Assembly: GCA_965285935.1 (NCBI GenBank)
Contig: OZ260662.1
Coordinates: 18,662,001-18,726,000 of the forward strand
Length of the DNA: 64,000 nucleotides
From: Ophelia neglecta
Taxonomy: Eukaryota
Direction: 5' to 3'
A model generated the notes under the pieces. That model worked only from the letters and a program-made list of their open reading frames with translations. It was not told the DNA's origin and did no database searches. Each line of letters starts with the position of its first letter. Position 1 is the first letter of the stretch. Positions 14,581 through 27,321 of this stretch are shown piece after piece. The translations under genes were made by a program, and so were the position numbers.

Positions 14581-15640
14581 CTACAAGGTGTTGGATTAAT
14601 CCATTTGACTTGCAGTGACTTTAACGTACGCATAGCCTCCGAATTGCATGAACATGACACCAGAAATAGATCTCGATTATATCAAACCTTTGTGAGGCAT
14701 AACTTTGCCATGAAATGTCTTAGGTATCAACTCGTCTCTGAGATGAAAGAAATCCCAGATCACATTAAGCAAATGGCTAACGTTCTTGTTTTTCCTAGTT
14801 TGTGTGCTTATTTCAAATCTTTTATTATTGATACCTATTCTATTACATGTGAAATTGAAAACTGTTATGTATGCCTTAGGGCTGCGCAGCCTCCATGATT
14901 AACTGGTAATCATAGAATGTCTTGGTTTAAACATATTTATTTTCAATATTTTGGATTTTACAGAAGCTTAGCTTAAAAATTGTAATCTCCAAAAGGTCAT
15001 AATATACAAAAATATACACAGAGCGCATGTTGTGAAGGTAAATGGGTGAGATGGCAGTGAGACGATTGGTTTAAACATATGTATTTTTTCTATGTTGGAT
15101 CTTACAAAAGCCTATGGCTTAAAATCGGTAATTTCCAACATATCAACATACAGAACATTAGGTTAAACAGCATGCAATGGATGAGGTGAGGTGATGGGAT
15201 GAAGAAGAATGAATGTCTTGATACTACTACACACTGTGTATCCGTCATGCTATACTAACTGTACTTCTTGTATTTGCCCCTGGTCTGCTTTCTCCTTGTT
15301 AACAATCTGTGATATATTAAATTAAATTATCAATTTTACTTGCATCAAGTTAATGTTCCTCTTTTATTAGTATACTCGCTATTGTACATTTGTTGTATTA
15401 TATCTGCTTTCTAGTCTACTCCATAATACAGTATCAGCTATATATTCAGTTTTTTGGGTGATGGTCCTCATGGTAGCGTCCATTGGGACTTAGTGGGGGT
15501 CTCCCAACCAAACTAATCACTCGATTGTAAATACATTTTTTGTTAATACTTGTCTTTGTGTAACATTATGGTTGGATTACATTTGCATGTTATTAGTTGA
15601 ATTAATTTGGTTGAATAAAAGTTCAGTTCAGTTCAGTTCA
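14581..15640 (+). mobile_element. 5'-truncated CR1/L2 (Crack/Daphne-like) LINE: ORF2 C-terminus, 3' UTR and (AGTTC)n tail
   Basis: ORF 14605-14898 has HEHDTRNR...LRYQL...IPDHIK...FKSFIIDTYSITCEIENCYVC, the characteristic H.h.TR and C...NCY.C end of these ORF2s. The 3' end has AATAAA at ~15614 directly followed by agttcagttcagttcagttca. Confidence 0.8.
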
Positions 15641-16112
15641 TATGTTACCATTTGCCATTGTAATTATAGGTACTATATGATTTACCAAGCGGTATTTGTT
15701 TTTATGCTTTTTTCATCCACTCCGAATCGATACTTCAACTAAGCGTATATCATATTCTTGTAGGCAATTAGCCGACTACCTCCCGAGGGACACCTGTGCC
15801 TCGGGAGGTTGCCGGTGAACTATTGCCGTCGACCTTCTGTTAAGGGAAATGGTTAACCGGACAACTCCCTAGGATCAAATAGTTTGGCCTAGTTCCCAAA
15901 ATCAGGGTGCATTTGAATTTTGTTGGCTAGTGCCTGTAAAGCGCGAGCAGGACACTTTCGAGAATCAAATTTCGCCATATATTTTCGACTTGAGTAATTT
16001 GCTTTGAAAATAAGGTAAGGTAGGAAAATAACAAACAGCACATAATCATGGCGAAGCGTAAATGGTCCCCATTTGCTTATATGTTTGTTAATTGTCGCTA
16101 TACACTGATGTA

Positions 16113-16303
16113 GTTTTTTGGGTTTTTTTACGTGAGTTTCAACAGTTATCGGTCATATGGCCACTGTGCCTACTTGTGACAGTGGGCTCAATGCCCTCTT
16201 TTAGTGTGCTGCCTCACTGGAGTGCCTGCCGTAGACACCAGAGAGGAACCCCACCCAGTCACATTATACTGACACTGGGCTGACCAGTCCTGATACTACC
16301 CCC
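16113..16303 (-). mobile_element. 5'-truncated SINE with a Meta-domain-like central core
   Basis: The minus strand contains gactggtcagcccagtgtcagtataatgtgactgggtgggg, which I recognise as the conserved core of MetaSINE-type elements in invertebrates. The 3' end is ...gttgaaactcacgt-aaaaaaacccaaaaaac. No tRNA-derived head is visible. Confidence 0.65.
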
Positions 16304-19300
16304 AATATACATTGATGTAGCAAGTCGAGCCAGATTCTCTAGAATGCTCCATGTAATAACACGTGAATGTGGCTGAAATTGACACAACATGTAATATAAA
16401 AATAAGCACTGCTATGTTTGTTCACAAGGATTGTCGGTCGTCTGCTTCGGATACAACTGCGCAGCAGCGATGGGTTATTCATGTTGCCTTACTTTGCTTG
16501 CACACCAAGAATTCACAGCGTTGTGGAGCCTACGATATAGCATGTAGAAGAATGGGACAAGATGCTTGCATTCAAGAGACAAAGTCGAGAATAGAGCGAA
16601 TTATACGGATATTGCGCGGCTATGGATACGGGTCTGATTTTTGCATTATAGTTCGCCATCTTTATTATTGGCTGAGTCAGTGGGTTGAGTTGTCACCTGT
16701 TGTGTTGGTTTCACAATGGTAATACTAAGCCGATTTACTGGAGCAATTTTAGAGAGCTGTAGACATACTGATGCCAATGCAATACCTTAATGCGATTTGC
16801 AAAGTTATTATACTTGAAGTTAAAGGCCACTGATCGTGTTATGTATGCATAGATGTAGTCCACAGATGACTATATTGATCCGCTAAATAAGAAATACTAT
16901 TCGCCTAGACTATCGACAGTGAGATTATTCGAGTACATATTACATTGCCTCGTACATTGTAAGCTTTATTGAAAGTTTCCCTCTGCTCTTTCCAGTGACA
17001 TTTGGTCTAGGTGCCCCACCTTCTGTTGATTACACACTGGTAATGCACCATCAAATCTGACTTACAAAACTAATTACATTAAGCTAGATACAGATATTGG
17101 TGCCAATAAAATTACCTTAATACGATAACCCCTAGAGTTTAGGCATTATGATACTTGTCAGCAAGTCAATACATCATGTTATGTACTGATAAAGCCATAA
17201 GTATAATTGTTCTGCCCAACTAATGAGGTTCCTTCTACAAACAGGATTTATACATTGGATATAGGTTTATTTATATTATAGGCCTGATATTCACTCAGCT
17301 ATAAATTATTTATGTTATGAAGGGCAAGCTGTCATTGTTGATCAAAACACAGATTCTTTTGAAAGATGTGAAACAGTGGGACTTATGAAGTTGAAATCAA
17401 GTAGTCAAGACCAAAGAAGAACAGACATTTATAACTATTTACTTGGCATCACTAATAATATATACACCCCTTTGATAACAAGACATTCACAGATCAAACA
17501 TTCAACATAGAGTCATACATGGAAATAACCGCATGGAGAAAATATGCTTACAAATGTCCTTAGCTGTTTCCGTTCGTGGAGTCCGTGGATATGTATTCAC
17601 GTCCTAGGCCTCTTACACAGACTACAGAATTGGGGAGACGGTCTGAAACCAGGCCCGTCTCACATCAGATACAGCCATCATACTCGACTTGGAATACCAT
17701 TGAACTAGTTACAAAACTGGCTAGTCTATCAACATTGAAATCTCGTCTCCTGGAACTTCGGTGCATCTCTCATGTCTGGTTGTGGTGACCTGTCTGAGCC
17801 TTGTCTGAATACAACAGGTTTTGTCCACCGTGACTAAAGCCCTGTCAATAGGCACTAACTTCGCTCACTGATAGGTTGATTCCTCCGTGTCGTTAATATT
17901 GTGGAGACATTATGGCTGTAAAAAGAGCGAATTCCCGTCTCTACATGATTAAGTTAATATTTAATGCCAAAAGAAGTCAGCACTTCAGTGATACAAGAAC
18001 TGCTGAGGCATGTGTCTCACCATTCGGCGTTGCCGGTGTAAAAGATCATATGACTCCCGGCTAGTAAGTCACCAGGCTCAAAATCCTAGGATGGCAAGGC
18101 CCTTAGGACAGGATAAACGAGTATTTTGTGACCGGAGGATCTAATAAACCAAAATTTCGAGACCAGATACCATACATACTAGAATTTGTTGGCCGCCGGA
18201 CTTAAAATACTAGGGTTTCAAACCCGTGTGACACGAAGTTGGACCATTTAGTTCACAGTGAGATATGTACTTAAGAGTATTGTCCCTTCATGGAGCTTAG
18301 CAATAGGTCATATGCACACCAGTACATTTTAATAAAAAAAACAAGTTTTAGTTTATTTAGACCGAAAAGGACAGATATTTGTTATAATTTCTTGTGCCTC
18401 CGACATTCCATACTAATATATTAGTTTAGATGTTTTACCAAAAAGCAATTAGTCATTACAAAAGTGACTAAAACTAGGCGGGAGTGGATAAAAGAATAAA
18501 GATAGACGTAAACTGCAATGTCTAGCTGCCAGCTCACAAATAGTCTGGTACTATAGATATAACTATAATTAAATCATCATCAAACAATATTAAAGCCTAT
18601 TCCCATTGGATAACATTTACAACATTGGGCAGATAGTCAAGCAGTAAAGGTGATGGCAAATTGCTTTTATATTTTGAAATTTCAAAATTTTGCAAACAGG
18701 ATGGTCATTCAACTTTATATTACAGAGTAGCTAAAGCGGGGAACTGTATTTATTTCAGCTACATTCGCGTGCATCTACATCTACGTAAATCAGGGAAAAC
18801 AAAATTCCCTATGCAATGTACTCGGAAAACGATCATAGTCATATTTTATTCTTGGAATTTGTCAATATTTAGCACGACAATGTTCCGGTTTAGGCCTTGC
18901 TATTTATACATATAATGGAATATCCTCACACACTAAAAACAATATGCATGTAATAGGATTGCCGCTCATTTGGCTCATGCGACTATGAATCAAAAAAATT
19001 CGTCTTCAGTCAATCAGTCATTGTCTCATATGTTACATTATTCATTTCTAAGCCCATTTGAAATCCAGAGAGGCATTGAAGATAGTATGCAAACTGTTTT
19101 TGTTCCTTGAATAGTGGTTGAAGGGTAATGTATTTCAAATGGGATAACTTATTCCCGTCCATTAGCCTTCGGGTGTAAGCTGATTAGTAGCGTTGGGATG
19201 CACGTGTTCATCCATTTTCCTTGGCTTATGATAATTCTTTTGACGGAGAACTGTAATAGGAGTGGTATGCTTGTCAACCATTATGCCGTATTGTTTTTCT

Positions 19301-21282
19301 TTCCATGATTCTGCCAAAAAGACATCATTGTTTTATGTACCTCATTGAAAGTTTATGCACTAAATTACACGATTATATACTTGCTTTTATTGCGAATAAC
19401 TGGTCATAAAACGAAAAAGGGTATACATGACGAGGCTATGACAGGAAACACATACATTGACCAGTCATATATTTAGTTAGTCGGTGACGTCACGAATGAC
19501 TTGCGTGATATCTCATTGTCGATTGTCTCAAACACGTAAACTCTGACTGTCTTTTGACGCAATCGGGTTGTCTTGATTCTCTCGGAATTTTTATATTAAA
19601 TTGGCCAATCTTATGTACTTTTAAAAGCTGCCGAAGTTTGCCCTTATTGTCGATTTACCACCTGACATTTATTTTCATTTATGTACAACTACAATTTGTT
19701 TTGTTTTACTTAATATGATACGTTTTGGCCTTTCGCTCTGGCCGATGTTGTGATGTTAACTTATTGTACCTTCATATATGTGTTAAATAAGACATAACAC
19801 CTGGTATATCTTATTTTGATATCATATTGCTACATGTGATTATATAGATGGATAGCAAAATAGGAAAATGGCGCCAGTCCACCTATATGAACACAGTTAA
19901 AGGGCACAGTTGAACACTATAGCCCCTGATGGGCTACTCTGTTATTAATGCCTTTGTAGAAATGCTAAACGACGTTACCTGGCATTACCCGAGACCCTAA
20001 TGCCCACTTTTGGGACTAACAGTACACATTTCAAAGAGGTCGAACATTAAGACATGGCTGAACGGCCCGTGGCACGGTTTCCCGGGGATATTTAACCTCG
20101 GAAAAAACTTCAGGCAAAGATGTGTACACCCCCTTGTTTTTATGGAGTTACTGCCTTTTGTTTTTTACCATACAAAGCAGGCGGCCATAAAATTATTTAA
20201 AAGATATTTTTAATTGTGGAATAGTTTTGACAACAAAGATGACAAATATGTAACAATATTAAACCTTTTGATAGCTATAACAGAAGCTGAGGGAATTGCT
20301 TTTTTTACGTAGCAATAGACATCGGGTGTGTTTCCGATATGGTTTTCCCAGAATATTGATTTGATGGCATGTAAAAGTTGTTAAGAGTTTGATATTTGTT
20401 TCGTGGTTGTCTTTGACGTTCAAATAGGCAATGACCGGGACCTGGAATCGTTCTGAATATATTGCATATTAACAACAGCCTAAACGTGGCTTCAATCATT
20501 TAATGCCAGAAATTTGACTTAAACTTCAGAAATGTTTGGACTGTCATCTGATTGCCATCCTAATGTAAATGTTGCCATACAATGGCTCTTTTATACACAT
20601 GCACTAAGGTTTTTTTATTTGGTAACCTTTTTTAAAAATTAATGGCATGTTAAAAACATGGCGTCATTGGTTATTTTTGGTTAAGACTTCAACGTCGCTT
20701 TAGGGGACATTAAAACCCTCAAACTCATGATCTCGAAGAAGTCGGTTATTATGTGTTCACCCGTTGCGTGAGGATGTTTGTGGTGTAGCAACTAGGGCTT
20801 GCCTTCTGTATAGCAAACCTAAAAACGGTTTGCTGGGTCCTTTACCCCACTTTTATCTCAAATGCGGAATAGCTACCTATGAAGGCTTTGATGCGAGTAA
20901 TGGTGAAATGTGTTTGAGCTGATCCCCTTGAAAGTATATATCACTCGGAAATATGTTTATTTTTTTTTATGCAGTGATATCTAACGATAAAACAGAAGTG
21001 TACCCTAGTTCAAAGTCTAATGCAGTCTACCTTTGTGCCAAGTCTACAGAGATAGACTTATACATGTGCATAGCAGACTGGGTGGGACGGAGGAGGGGGG
21101 GGGGGGCTATAAAGGATGAACAATGAGGTAGTCCGGGAAAATAAGGCAGGCTATGGATGGATTGAGGAAAATGAGGTGGTAGTTTGGGTATGAAATGTAC
21201 AGGTGTTATGCGGCACTTTAGAAGGCAATGTTTTAAAGAAGGACTGAAGCACAGACACAACGAATAGGCGTCTCGCGTACAC

Positions 21283-21312
21283 GTGTGTGTGTGTGTGTGT
21301 GGGGGGGGGGGC
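21283..21312 (+). repeat. (GT)n microsatellite followed by poly-G
   Basis: gtgtgtgtgtgtgtgtgt directly followed by a 12-nt G run. Confidence 0.9.
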
Positions 21313-23789
21313 TACTTGAAGGCACTCGAAAGGTTAGAATGACAGGTTGACTATTTCTGCATAAGCATACAGACAGGTATCTCGCGTACCTTGTAGTAGA
21401 AGTAAAAAAGGCATTAACCCTGCCAAATATTTCGGGGTTCATTGTATAACCAAATACGTCCTCGGGAACAGGACAGTCGGAGGCTAATAGTTCACCATGT
21501 TCTTCACAACTGCACATATATATTTTCCCTTCCAACATTTATGTAAATCATAGGGAAAGCAAATTTTCACACAATACTGGAATGTCACGTATGAAATGCA
21601 TTTACACTCCGAAAACAAAGTTTGTGTTACCATTTTCCTTGCATCTTCCCGTCTTCCATATGCTCTCTGTCTCCCTCTTAAAAATATGATCAGCTTCAAT
21701 GAGCCGTGGTCGAAAGTGATAAAAACAGTAAATATAGAATCAGATGAAATTATGGTCACAGTTGAAAATTTGAAATTGTAGCAAGAGATGCTATAATAAC
21801 ATCGTATTACAAGAACGTGTAGTCAGCACGTAGATGGGTTTGAAGTTGCCCAAAATCTAAATAATTACAAAAATCTTGGTCCATTTACAATTATATATTA
21901 CGTGTAATGCTATCTTTAACATCACAGAGTTAATTCCTTCCACACATCAATATCTCTCAAGGCAGTCCTTATCAGACTAATGAATATCATATTCTTTTAA
22001 TATCAGAATGTCTGGCCTTATATTGGAAAGTGTAACATTTTAACGTGTTGAGTACGGAATTCAGTATATAAGCATGTCTAAGAAGACTTACTTGCTGGTG
22101 ATACATGCGTCTCATTTGACACTCCTTTTGCCAGCAGCCGAGCAATGTTAGTACCGGTTGATATGCCGTAATGAACGTATTATCTACATTCTTGCAATTC
22201 ATCATGCCTCCCAAGACCCCAAGAGTGGTCTGTGAAAATACACCGTCAGGCCTAACTTATAAATGACTCTTGACACGTGTGGCATATTGTCTCTCAAGTC
22301 AATTAGTAGGATTTACCTTTCTGCTTGTCTTCGACTCGTCTTGCAATTCTGGTGTATGTTTGAAGGGTGATTTCAAGTGACTTTTATTTGAATCATTGGC
22401 CATCACATTCATCTTTAAAAAAATTGAAACATAAGAAAGTTAGACTTTGTTGCCTTATGAATTCGGACGGAATTCGGTTAAAAAGACCATTTGCTCCCGT
22501 CGTATCATTATCGAGAGGCTTTCCAGAGGAAAATACCTTTATATGATGAAAAGTAACATGTGATTTACTTTTGTCTTTGGAACTTGTACCGCTGGGGCAT
22601 CATGCGTTGGTTGTACTGAAGACTCACATATTGAACAGAGTAAGATGTCCTTACCTTTGACATTTTTGTGTAACGCATAAACATAGCTTGTAGAGCACAC
22701 GCGAGGAACGACCCCCTGGGCAAAATCTTGCGGTGCAGAAGTCTTAGTCTCTGTGGTTGAAAGATGCCATTTGTCCTATTTAACTGGGCCGTTGTGGTTT
22801 CATCCTCATTTGCTGCCAAAAGGAATTTCACTGAAAGTTTTATCACATAGGGTCACTTCTAATATGGATAAGCATGTAGTCGTCTATTTTGGCACCAAAA
22901 AATCACTTTTACCCCCACCTGTTATTCCTGAATTAGTTGAAGTCATGTTTATTTCAAGAAATATGTCTTCAGTCACAAATTTCAAATGATATATATCACA
23001 AATGGGATCCAGTGCAAAGTGCAAAAGTGCATTGTAATCATTAGGATATAATGTGTTTGCCTCTGGGAGGTAATACTTCCCACTACCAGTTGTGTGCTTG
23101 AATTATATTGCGGCAATCTAAACTCTCTTCACTTCTGCTGATAAATTTTTAACTGGCTCGGGTTGCTGTTTAGTACAATGTTCAATGCAGGCAAAGAATA
23201 TATAGATCTTTACGCACATACAGTGGAACGTATATTCGCGTCAATTTAACAGTGTTCTATGCAACCCAAACACATGTATATAAATACTTTTAGATGAAGT
23301 TTAGATAGCCGACGATGAGTGTGGGAAATGTGATATCAAATTGCTTTTCAATATAATAAAACAATAATGACATTTCCTCCAAAGCACCATGCTATTGATA
23401 TCTTGTGTCATGCTTGTTTTGAATTCATTTCATCCAGAAAATTCGTAAGGAAGATAATACTCAATATGCAGAACGTCCAATTATTTTCGCATAAATGGTG
23501 AAATTTACCAACTAGTGGCTTATCTTGCTATGGCAGGAGACACATGTTTTCTTCATAGCATCATTATAGTAGCATGTAAATAGTTGTTTTGTTTCGTCGT
23601 TTAAATTGTGGGCACCATGATAATCAAAAGTGACTGCAAGCCTGCAATCTGCATTACACTGAGTGCAAAATACAAGGGGTAAAAAAGTATATTCATTTGC
23701 GTACCATTATTATATCCGCGAAATGCGGATATTATGTTTTCAGTAGCGCCGCCGCCGCCGCCGTCGCCGCCGCAGATTTTAGTCGTTAA

Positions 23790-24087
23790 CGCGATAACTC
23801 AAAAACCATTTTGTACATCTTTTTCAAATTCAACACAGCCATAGACCTTAGGAGGAACTGATTAGAATCTGGTGAAAATCCAATCATTATTAATTAGTTA
23901 AAACAATTGATTAATTACGTCAGAAACGCATTTTCTGCAATAACACAAAAAATATTTGATACATCTTTTTTTTATTTGACACAGCCATAGACCTTATTGA
24001 GAGGAAGATCTGTATTTATTCTGGTGAATTTCTGTTAATTATTAACACTTAAAAAAATTAATTAATTATGTCAAAAACACATTTTCT
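23790..24087 (+). repeat. Two diverged ~147-bp tandem units inside the HINE
   Basis: The motif tacatcttttt...cacagccatagacctta...tctggtgaa...ttaatta.gtca.aaac.cattttct occurs twice (~23815 and ~23960). Confidence 0.8.
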
Positions 24088-24156
24088 ATCATATATTCCA
24101 AAGTATAGATGATATTGGCTTGAAGTTTTGTGTCATGATTCATGTAATAACTATAT

Positions 24157-24708
24157 ACAATCTGTGTAATAAGTTAACTAGTTAACTTTATCACTGACCT
24201 GAAAAAAAATTAGTTAAGGTGGTTTTGCATTATTCTTGAGATTATATGGAACCAACTACTACAATCTGTGTAACAAGTTAACCAGAACTGTGTAATAAGT
24301 TAACTAGTTAACTTTATTAATGACCTGAAAAAAAATTAGTTAAGGCAGTTTTTCATTATTATTGAGGTCATATGGAAGCTACTACAATGTGTGTAATAAG
24401 TTAACTAGTTAACTTTATTAATTACCTGAAAAAAAATTAGGTAAGGTTGTTTTGCATTATTATCGAGGTCTTATGCAACCTACTAATAAGTCCTCTAGTT
24501 CACATTATTAATGACCTGAAAATTTTTTAGTTAGGGTCGTTTTGCATTATCATTGAGGTCATATGACACCAACTTTAAAAATGACCTGCATTATTATTGA
24601 GGTCAAATAGAACCTACTACAATCCGTGTAATAAGTTAACTATTACTGTGTAATAAGTTAACTAGTTTAACTTTATTTATGACCGGAACAAAAATTAGTT
24701 AAGGTCGT
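24157..24708 (+). repeat. Array of about five ~100-130-bp tandem units inside the HINE
   Basis: Repeated tgtgtaataagttaactagttaactttattaatgacctgaaaaaaaattagttaagg...gcattatt...gaggtcatatgg...ctac, with internal partial duplications. Confidence 0.9.
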
Positions 24709-26020
24709 TATCTTTTGTGCCAACTAAAAACTACCATATTCACTACCTTGCCTTATGCCATGTTCCCCATTCGATTATTGCACGCATTCGCGGATATACC
24801 CCTTGCTGTCGGCCCCCCGACAGCGTTGGCCTAGTTTCTAAAGCACTTTTTTCTCGAGTTTGAAACAACGCCGCAAATCTGTAATATATTGTATATTAAA
24901 ATCAATTAATTTGAATTCATATAAAATAGTAAACACTAAACATTAAAATATGAAATTAGGAAGTAACTGCTTGAGCAGCAATTCTAATGTTTTGTGGCTA
25001 GAATTCTATACTTATGAAATAACGAGGTCCAAAACCTATGTTATTGTAGAGGATGGAATCTCAAACTTTTGCTTTTTTGGGGAGGGGGGGCGGGTGAAAA
25101 GACGGGATAGGTTAGGGAGGGGAATAGTGATGTGTCGGCTATTAGTTGTTGCCTGTAGAGGTCCAGGAGGTTGAAAGTGAACGAAGCGCACGGGTCTTTC
25201 TTATCATGATAAAAATATGTCACAGTTAAATATCAACAATTAAACGGCAAAGTTTTTCGTTTGTTTAATTTGAAAGCCCGAATTAAAGCAGCACTTCGCA
25301 CTACATTGTGCAGTATTGTCTAGAGTATTGGAGTAAATATTTCAAAAGCCATATTGCAAAACGACAAGCTACTGAGATCTGAACAGGTTGGTTGGATTGT
25401 GATGCTCAATGTGCTCAGGCTGGTTTGCCGGAGCCAGGCCATTTTAGCACCTTATTCAAATTAAATCACTTTTGGATTAACGCTTAACCGAATAGGAAGC
25501 CATAGCAAGGAATAAAGTATGGACGTGTTTGCTTTTCGCGTTGAGATACATCAAAGGGGCGGCTCAATATTCTCTACCCTCCGGAGCGTGGCAATGAGAG
25601 ACGCACACACAGACACTCCAATGAGAAGAGAGAGCCGAAGAGCGTCAGATATCACTCTCTATGACACCATACATTACACTAATTCCCAATGGCATCAGAT
25701 GTAAGGTGTGTTCTGATTGGAAAAATATTTCTCACTGTGGATGTTGGGGACATTCCCACAACCTGCGTTTGACGTCCGGGGACTCATCCAGCTTAACTCC
25801 AAGATTTCGGACAGGCTATAAACGAAAATGAAACATCTCTTCCGGTCGCAGAGACAGAGGGGGTGTTGATCTTTAAATGTGTCTGTATTTATTTCAAGAA
25901 CAATGATCTAGGCTTTTTCTGTTTTTACTTATACGGAAATGCAGTCACCGACTTTTAGACATTATATAGGCATCTTTCTCGGTCAACAACTCATTTACAA
26001 TTGGAACAGTTTTGATAGTC

Positions 26021-26250
26021 TTACCGATCTGGATCTGCATAAATGTGCAGGTTAAAATCATGACGATGAATAAGAAGTCCTAAGGGCAACATGCAGACCA
26101 CGAAAATGATAGACACTGAGGAATCCTTGCGGGGAGATTCCTTGGGGACTCCGCATATCATATGCACAATAACTGGCTTGGTCACGAAAAGTTCGCCCAG
26201 AATTATTCGAGTGCAATGCGCTTGATACCAACCTTCTTCTGTATCCAAGT
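26021..26250 (-). pseudogene. CR1/L2-group LINE reverse transcriptase fragment
   Basis: The translation CGVP(QG)...SIIFVVCMLPLGLLIHRHDFNLHIYADP matches the GVPQGS...F..Y..PL...I..H....H.YADD RT core, with frameshift and decay. Confidence 0.8.
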
Positions 26251-26255
26251 ATAGA

Positions 26256-26950
26256 ATTCATTTCATTTCATTCATTCATTTTATTTTGCATAATACGTGG
26301 TACATATAACATATGATTTTGTAAAAAGGATTACATTGCCAAGGACGCCAGAGGTAGCTGAAGAAGCTGTTGTTTCTGGACGCCCTGAAGTGCATGTTAC
26401 AAAATTATTGGGCAAGCAAGAAATATAGGAGAAAAAATAAAAACAAAAAAAACAACAATAAACACACTGTGCATATAGACTAAAAAATACAATATTACAA
26501 GTGATAAATATACGACATGAAGTGTGGCAGGTTTGTTGATTTGGTGGTAACAATGTGTACAGTAGCTTAACCATTTTTGGTTTTCTTTGAGATTTCAATA
26601 GTTCGAGAACAAGAATAGCAATTTTTAACATTGCAGCTTACATTTCAGTTTTTGAGATTAATTTTTAGGTTTGATTCTAAGCATACATTAAATAATTTAC
26701 TTGCTAACAGAGAAAATTAATTATGCCCACGGTTATTTACTCGAAGCCTACCTAGTTCAATCTCTCCTCCCTCCCCCAACTCACCTACTATAAATAAAAT
26801 GAAATTTAAACCGTCTCCACTGATTGAATATGCAAGGAAATTAAGACATCTAGAAAATATTTGGAAATGAAAAGGTCGATCAAACAAGAGAATGGACAAT
26901 GGATGTTGGCCAACATTTCTCTAATTCATATTTTGCATTTAAAAATAGCG
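26256..26950 (-). mobile_element. 3' end of a second LINE with AATAAA and (TGAA/TGAAA)n tail
   Basis: On + the sequence reads attcatttcatttcattcattcattttattt (26256-26286), i.e. AATAAA plus a tandem tail on the minus strand. It is preceded by a T-rich UTR and a degraded ORF-like segment. The upstream boundary is uncertain. Confidence 0.55.
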
Positions 26951-27227
26951 GTAGCAGTCAATGTTTTGGAGAATTAGAATTAAACTAATATTTGATCTCA
27001 AAGCATAACCGAGTGTAAGAATCCAATCACAGATATTGTTATCCGTAATAACGTGTTTTTTTTTCCAAGCGGAATTAAATCCTTGGCAGACATGCATGCA
27101 TTACATTGTAGTCCCAAAATCAAACTTCTGCTGATTAGCCATCTGCTTAGCGAGATGTTTTACTCGTTTTTGGAATTCCAATCAATAATCAGCTCGCCAA
27201 CCGGCTTGATAATTTTAGAGAATAGCA

Positions 27228-27321
27228 AACAACTCCAAGAACAATCCAATTGTAGAGAACAACATCAAGGACAATCCAATTGTAGAGAACAACTCCAAGA
27301 ACAATCCACTTGTAGAGAACA
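27228..27321 (+). repeat. 30-bp minisatellite, about three copies
   Basis: aacaactccaagaacaatccaattgtagag repeated three times with few substitutions. Confidence 0.95.

Larger units (their letters stand above)
23707..24837 (+). mobile_element. Helentron-associated non-autonomous element (HINE, DINE-1/pearl/CvA-like architecture)
   Basis: 5' subTIR tatatccgcgaa (23711-23722) with adjacent partial inverted repeat tgcggata; (GCC)n microsatellite ~23747-23772; internal tandem arrays; 3' subTIR ttcgcggatata (24787-24798); stem-loop gctgtcgg-cccc-ccgacagc (24805-24824); terminal ctagttt. Confidence 0.85.

Noticed and set aside
18032-18233. Possible small MITE (ccggtgtaa...gtgacacg)
   Set aside because: The inverted termini are too degenerate and no TSD is visible.
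19897-20212. ttaaagggcacagt as a Kolobok-like element start
   Set aside because: No matching opposite terminus was found.
24157-24708. Regularly spaced palindromic repeats resembling a CRISPR array
   Set aside because: The intervening sequences are also repeated (no unique spacers), there are no cas genes, and the context is a eukaryotic HINE.
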